NCBI GenBank assembly: GCA_964649475.1
Contig: CAZYRD010000001.1
Span: 1-40,302, forward strand
DNA from: an uncultured Faecalibacterium sp.
Lineage (GTDB): Bacteria; Bacillota; Clostridia; Oscillospirales; Ruminococcaceae
Reading direction: 5' to 3'
DNA length: 40,302 nucleotides
The number at the start of each line of letters is the position of its first letter. Within the stretch, counting starts at the first letter, position 1. Made by a program: the position numbers and the translations under genes. Under the pieces are notes generated by a model that was not told the origin of the DNA, made no database searches, and worked only from the letters and a program-made list of their open reading frames with translations. Positions 37,025 through 40,302 of this stretch are shown in pieces.

Positions 37025-37455
37025 TCTTCTTTTCTCATGACTGAGAAAAGAAGCAAAAGAGGTTCCGCTGTCAAGGCAGCGGAACCCTGTAAAAGAAGTC
37101 ATGTCATCTGGAGATACTGCAAATGCAGTATCTCCGCAAATATTCCTTGTCATTTTGACAAGGAATATATTGCAGTTGCCCATTTATATGGCTCGACACT
37201 CCGCCGGCAAATGGCTGCTGCCTGCGGCAGCACCACTCTTCCTATTCAACGCGCGGCGAAGCCGCGCATTTAATTATGAGGAACGGTGGCGGGTTTACCC
37301 GCCATGCCCGTGCCGGTGGAGGTAGTTTTTGCGCAGCAAAAACTGTCGAACCATTTGGGCACGGGCAAGTGACGAATGACATTATTGCGGGGGTTCGCTG
37401 CCCCGCAAGCAGCGAATTTCTTTTTGGTTCTTTTTCTGAATCCAGAAAAAGAACA
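37025..37455 (-). mobile_element. MITE-like non-coding palindromic element (copy 2, full length) with compound terminal inverted repeats
   Basis: Left end: TCTTCTTTTCTCA-TGAC-TGAGAAAAGAAG CAAAAGAGG TTCCGCTG-TCAAGG-CAGCGGAA. Right end (reverse complement): TGTTCTTTTTCTG-GATT-CAGAAAAAGAAC CAAAAAGAAA TTCGCTG-CTTGCGGGG-CAGCGAA. TA dinucleotides flank it at 37023-24 and 37456-57. There is no credible ORF. Near-identical segments occur at 1-143. Confidence 0.6.
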
Positions 37456-37461
37456 TAGGGT

Positions 37462-37507
37462 GCATGAGGTTCTCCTCATATCAAAGGCTGCGCTAAGGTC
37501 TCTTCGC
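37462..37507 (-). repeat. Short repeat (family 2) just after the jag terminator
   Basis: See 35333-35379. About 31/35 identity over the core, plus the preceding ATGAGG-TTCT-CCTCAT hairpin. Confidence 0.7.
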
Positions 37508-37511
37508 TTTT

Positions 37512-37549
37512 CAAAAAAAAATTCACCCCGGCCGGAAGGGCCGGGGTGT
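37512..37549 (-). terminator. Rho-independent terminator of the yidC-jag transcription unit
   Basis: Minus strand: CACCCCGGCC-CTTC-CGGCCGGGGTG followed by AATTTTTTTTT. Confidence 0.85.
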
Positions 37550-37562
37550 GAGGGTGCAAATT

Positions 37563-38741
37563 TTACAGTTCGATCTTGCCGTACAGGCTGATGCCCGGGG
37601 CGTCGTTGACGGTCTCGGTGCGCTCGCCGGCCACGGGGGCGGCGGTCTGCTCGCGGCTGCGCTCCTTGTACTCGGTGCGGCCGGCGTCACGGCGCTCGCC
37701 GCCATTGCGGCTGCCGCCGTTGCCCTTACCGCCGCGGCCCTTGCCGCTGCGGCTGCGGTTGCCGCCGTTGCGGCCGCTGCTGCCGCCCTTGCCGCCGCGG
37801 CTCTTACCGCTGCGGGCCGGGGTGTTCACGGCGTTGGGGTCGGTGCTGCTGATCACCACGCGGCGATCCTCTCCCTCACCGGTGCTCTCGCTGGTCACGC
37901 CCTCCATCTTGCTGATGGTGGAGTGAATGATGCGGCGCTCGTAGGGGTTCATCGGCTCCATGGTGTAGGCACGGCCGGTCTTGGCGACCTTGGCGCCCAC
38001 GCGCTTGGCCAGTGCGACCAGATCGCTCTCGCGCTTGCTGCGGTAGCCTGCAACGTCCAGCGCCACCTTCTGGTAATCGCCGCCCAGACGGTTGGCGACC
38101 AGACCGGTCAGGTAGCTCAGGGATTCCATCGTCTCACCGCGGCGGCCGATCAGAATACCCAGACTCTCGCCCTCCACCTTCAGCACCAGGGTCTCGTCCT
38201 GCTGCTCGGGGGTGACGGTAAAGTTCTCCACGCCCATGTCGGCGGCCACGGTCTCAAGGAACTCCTTGGCCAGCTGTACCTTTTCGGGGTTCAGCTCCTT
38301 GGGCTGCTTGGCTTCGGCGGGGGCAGCCTCAACGGCTTCAGCGGCCTCGGCGGGGGCAGCTTCAACAACAGGCTCAGCCTTGGGCTCGGCCTTCTTTTCA
38401 GGCTTCTTCTCCGTCTTTTTCTTTTCGGCGTTCTTTTTGGCTTCGGCGGCCTTCTTCTCCTCTGCCTTTTTCTCGGCAGCGGCCTTTTCAGCAGCCTTCT
38501 TTTCAGCAGCCTTCTTTTCGGCAGCCTTCTTTTCGGCGGCGGCTTCCGCCTCGGCCTTGCGGGCGTTCTCCTCTTCCTCGGCCAGCAGGGTCACGCGGAT
38601 CTTGGCCGGAGTGGAACGGAACAGCTTGCGGACGGGCATTTCCACGACCTCGACGGAGATCTCCTCACGGTCGATGCCCAGCTGCTCCAGTGCTTTTGCG
38701 GTGGCTTCCTCCACCGTCTTACCGGTATAAAAAAGTTCCAT
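37563..38741 (-). CDS. jag: Jag/KhpB-type RNA-binding protein (Jag_N, KH, R3H) with a long K/A/E linker and an RGG-rich C-terminal tail
   Basis: MELFYTGKTVEEATAKALEQLGIDREEISVEVV (Jag_N), the KH region GILIGRRGETMESL and the R3H ERRIIHSTI. 392 aa. Confidence 0.9.
   Translation of the reverse strand: MELFYTGKTVEEATAKALEQLGIDREEISVEVVEMPVRKLFRSTPAKIRVTLLAEEEENARKAEAEAAAEKKAAEKKAAEKKAAEKAAAEKKAEEKKAAEAKKNAEKKKTEKKPEKKAEPKAEPVVEAAPAEAAEAVEAAPAEAKQPKELNPEKVQLAKEFLETVAADMGVENFTVTPEQQDETLVLKVEGESLGILIGRRGETMESLSYLTGLVANRLGGDYQKVALDVAGYRSKRESDLVALAKRVGAKVAKTGRAYTMEPMNPYERRIIHSTISKMEGVTSESTGEGEDRRVVISSTDPNAVNTPARSGKSRGGKGGSSGRNGGNRSRSGKGRGGKGNGGSRNGGERRDAGRTEYKERSREQTAAPVAGERTETVNDAPGISLYGKIEL
38476..38538 (-). 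repeat. Coding 15-nt tandem repeat (AAEKK units) in the jag linker
   Basis: GCAGCCTTCTTTTCA/G occurs three times (38491-38535), with a degenerate copy before it. It encodes KKAAEKKAAEKKAAEK. Confidence 0.85.
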
Positions 38742-38762
38742 GATGTTCCATCCTCTATGCTT

Positions 38763-39854
38763 TTACTTATCGGCTTTCGGCGCGGCGTTTTCAGCAGCGG
38801 CCTTGGCGGCTTCGGCGGCGGCGCGGGATTCTTCTTCCATCTTGCGGAATTTCTCATCCTGCAGGGCACGGGCCTTGGCCAGACGCAGCTTGGCCATCTC
38901 GGCTTCGGAAACCGTCTTTTCCACCTTTTCGCCGGTGGCTTCGTCGGTGATGGTAATGGTCTTTTTGCGCTTTTTCTCGGCGCGCTTGGCCTCCAGCTCG
39001 GCCTTGATCTGTTCCTTGAACTTCTCCGGGTTATAGAACTTGCGCAGGACCATGCTCTGCACAAGGCCGATGACGTTGGAGTAGAACCAGTACAGGGACA
39101 GGGCGGCGGGCAGGGTGAAGCCCAGATAGCCGATCCAGATGCTCATGCCGTACATCATGATGCCGGTGACGCCCTTCATCTTCTGGCCGGTGACCAGACT
39201 GGTGATGAACTGGCTGGCGATCATGGTGACAGCGGACAGCACGGGGATGAGGGCCAGCCAGTTCCAGCCGAATTCGGGGATCTGGGTCAGGTCCATGGAC
39301 TTCAGACCGAACATGGTAAAGTCCAGATCCATAATTTTCTGATACATTTCAGCGGGGATCAGCTCAGCGAACTCGCTGCCGCCGTTCTGGATGTTGTTGA
39401 TGATAAAGGTGTCGTGATAGGTGGTGGCCGCACCGGTGGTGCCGGCGGCGGTCATCAGCTCGGCGGCCTTGGCGATCACGCTGTTGTACACGTCGGCGCT
39501 CAGGCCTACAAAGTAGCGCAGGGGCTTGCGGATGACCTCGTACAAAACCATGACGAACGCCATCTGGACGACCATGGGACCGCAGCCCATAGTCGGCTTG
39601 ATGTCGTACTCGGTGTACAGCTTGGTCATCTCTTCCTGCTGTTTTTCACGGTTGTTGGCGTACTTCTTCTGGATCTCCTGGATCAGAGGGTTGTACACCG
39701 TCATTTTGGCCATGCTCTTCTGCTGCTTGATGCTCAGCGGCAGCATGACGATACGGGTCAGCAGGGTGAACAGCAGCAGCGCAATGCCATAGTTATTCAC
39801 CAGGCTGTACAGGACCTCCATGAGCCAGCCAAAGGGGCGAATGATAAAAGCCAT
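38763..39854 (-). CDS. yidC: Membrane protein insertase YidC (Oxa1 family) with a charged C-terminal tail
   Basis: YGIALLLFTLLTRIVMLPLSIKQQKSMAKM and a multi-TM core. The ATG at 39854 lies 6 nt after GGAG. Confidence 0.9.
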   Translation of the reverse strand: MAFIIRPFGWLMEVLYSLVNNYGIALLLFTLLTRIVMLPLSIKQQKSMAKMTVYNPLIQEIQKKYANNREKQQEEMTKLYTEYDIKPTMGCGPMVVQMAFVMVLYEVIRKPLRYFVGLSADVYNSVIAKAAELMTAAGTTGAATTYHDTFIINNIQNGGSEFAELIPAEMYQKIMDLDFTMFGLKSMDLTQIPEFGWNWLALIPVLSAVTMIASQFITSLVTGQKMKGVTGIMMYGMSIWIGYLGFTLPAALSLYWFYSNVIGLVQSMVLRKFYNPEKFKEQIKAELEAKRAEKKRKKTITITDEATGEKVEKTVSEAEMAKLRLAKARALQDEKFRKMEEESRAAAEAAKAAAENAAPKADK

Positions 39855-39989
39855 GATGATCTCCATTCCAGACGCGGGCATATCACGCGGCCCGCGCCCA
39901 TGTGTTCTGCGGCCCGCGCAAAGGGCGGGCACGTTGTTGCAGCGGCACTTTTGAAGATGCTGTAAGAGGTTGGCCGCTGTGCGGCGCGC

Positions 39990-40244
39990 CTACGGCTTGT
40001 TTCGCCTGCGAAAGGCGGCGCGCCAGTCTTCTTTTTGGGGTACGGGGTCGTACCCGTACCCGCCCCACGGGTTGCAGCGCATAACGCGCCATACCGCCAG
40101 CACGCAGCCCTTGAAAAAACCGTGGGTCATAAGCGCCTCCACGGCGTACTGGCTGCAGGTGGGCTGGTAACGGCAGTGGCCGTGTACCCAGGGGGGCGTT
40201 GCTTTCTGATACAGCTTTATCAGAAAGATGAACACCCGCTTCAT
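39990..40244 (-). CDS. yidD: Membrane protein insertion efficiency factor YidD
   Basis: CRYQPTCSQYAVEAL..HG..KG..LA.WR..RCNPW matches the YidD signature. Confidence 0.9.
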   Translation of the reverse strand: MKRVFIFLIKLYQKATPPWVHGHCRYQPTCSQYAVEALMTHGFFKGCVLAVWRVMRCNPWGGYGYDPVPQKEDWRAAFRRRNKP

Positions 40245-40302
40245 CGGTCATCTCCCTTTTGCCGGTGCAAGGGTCCTTCGGGCGGCACAGGTTCTGACGC
40301 AG
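40245..40302 (-). CDS. Possible 3' end of rnpA (partial; reading frame unresolved)
   Basis: Based on synteny only: rnpA normally precedes yidD. Two minus-strand frames end in TGA next to the yidD ATG, one with an ATGA overlap. It is too short to verify. Confidence 0.25.

Noticed and set aside
36884-37183. 100-codon N-terminal extension of the mnmE ORF; similar extensions exist for parA, SGNH, the ANT gene, glnN, the GRE, the ABC genes and yidC
   Set aside because: The extensions run through hairpin repeats or intergenic DNA and lack an RBS. The conserved protein N-termini start at internal ATG/TTG codons that do have Shine-Dalgarno sequences.
37343-37352. GGTTCGACAG (minus strand), reminiscent of the tmRNA 5' region
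   Set aside because: There is no tRNA-like 3' end with CCA, no tag reading frame, and the region is far too short. Motifs for RNase P (GGAAAGTCC), SRP (GGAA-loop helix 8) and 6S were likewise not found in the spacer.
36884-37562. DnaA-box cluster in the jag-mnmE spacer, by analogy with B. subtilis
   Set aside because: No TTATCCACA or TGTGGATAA was seen on either strand, even allowing one mismatch. The spacer is explained by the repeat elements instead.
37548-39965. 805-aa plus-strand ORF
   Set aside because: It is antisense to jag and yidC. The translation is repetitive (AAALAA, LLFG, GGG runs) and mirrors the K/A/E and RGG coding repeats, so it is not a gene.

Overview
This is a GC-rich chromosomal segment with gene content typical of Firmicutes/Clostridia; that taxonomic placement is inferred from gene content and synteny, not from a search. 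The right half (about 19.4-40.3 kb) is almost entirely minus-strand. It ends in the conserved origin-proximal cluster (rnpA?)-yidD-yidC-jag-mnmE-mnmG-rsmG-noc-like-parA-parB-serS, with one perfect palindromic parS site, so dnaA/oriC is expected just beyond the right edge. The rest is housekeeping and accessory metabolism: a MerR regulator plus a YbjQ-family protein; a BNR/sialidase-like protein; a glycyl radical enzyme with no activase in the window; a 4-gene ABC/GldG/DUF4340 operon; two tandem DUF3048 lipoproteins; HAD and GH3 hydrolases; type III glutamine synthetase; an MBL hydrolase; proBA; a bactofilin plus polysaccharide deacetylase pair; tRNA-Met and tRNA-Glu; an SGNH hydrolase; and an ANT-type nucleotidyltransferase. 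I found no CRISPR array, transposase, integrase, phage gene or recognisable defence system. The many long ORFs antisense to real genes look like GC-driven shadow ORFs. The most unusual signal is non-coding. A hairpin-rich, MITE-like palindromic element of 431 bp fills the jag-mnmE spacer. It has about 60-nt compound terminal inverted repeats and TA flanks. A near-identical inverted copy lies at the left window edge, a related solo terminal module sits in the serS leader, and a 235-nt highly structured insert lies inside the large copy. I cannot assign these to any RNA or mobile-element family from sequence alone.
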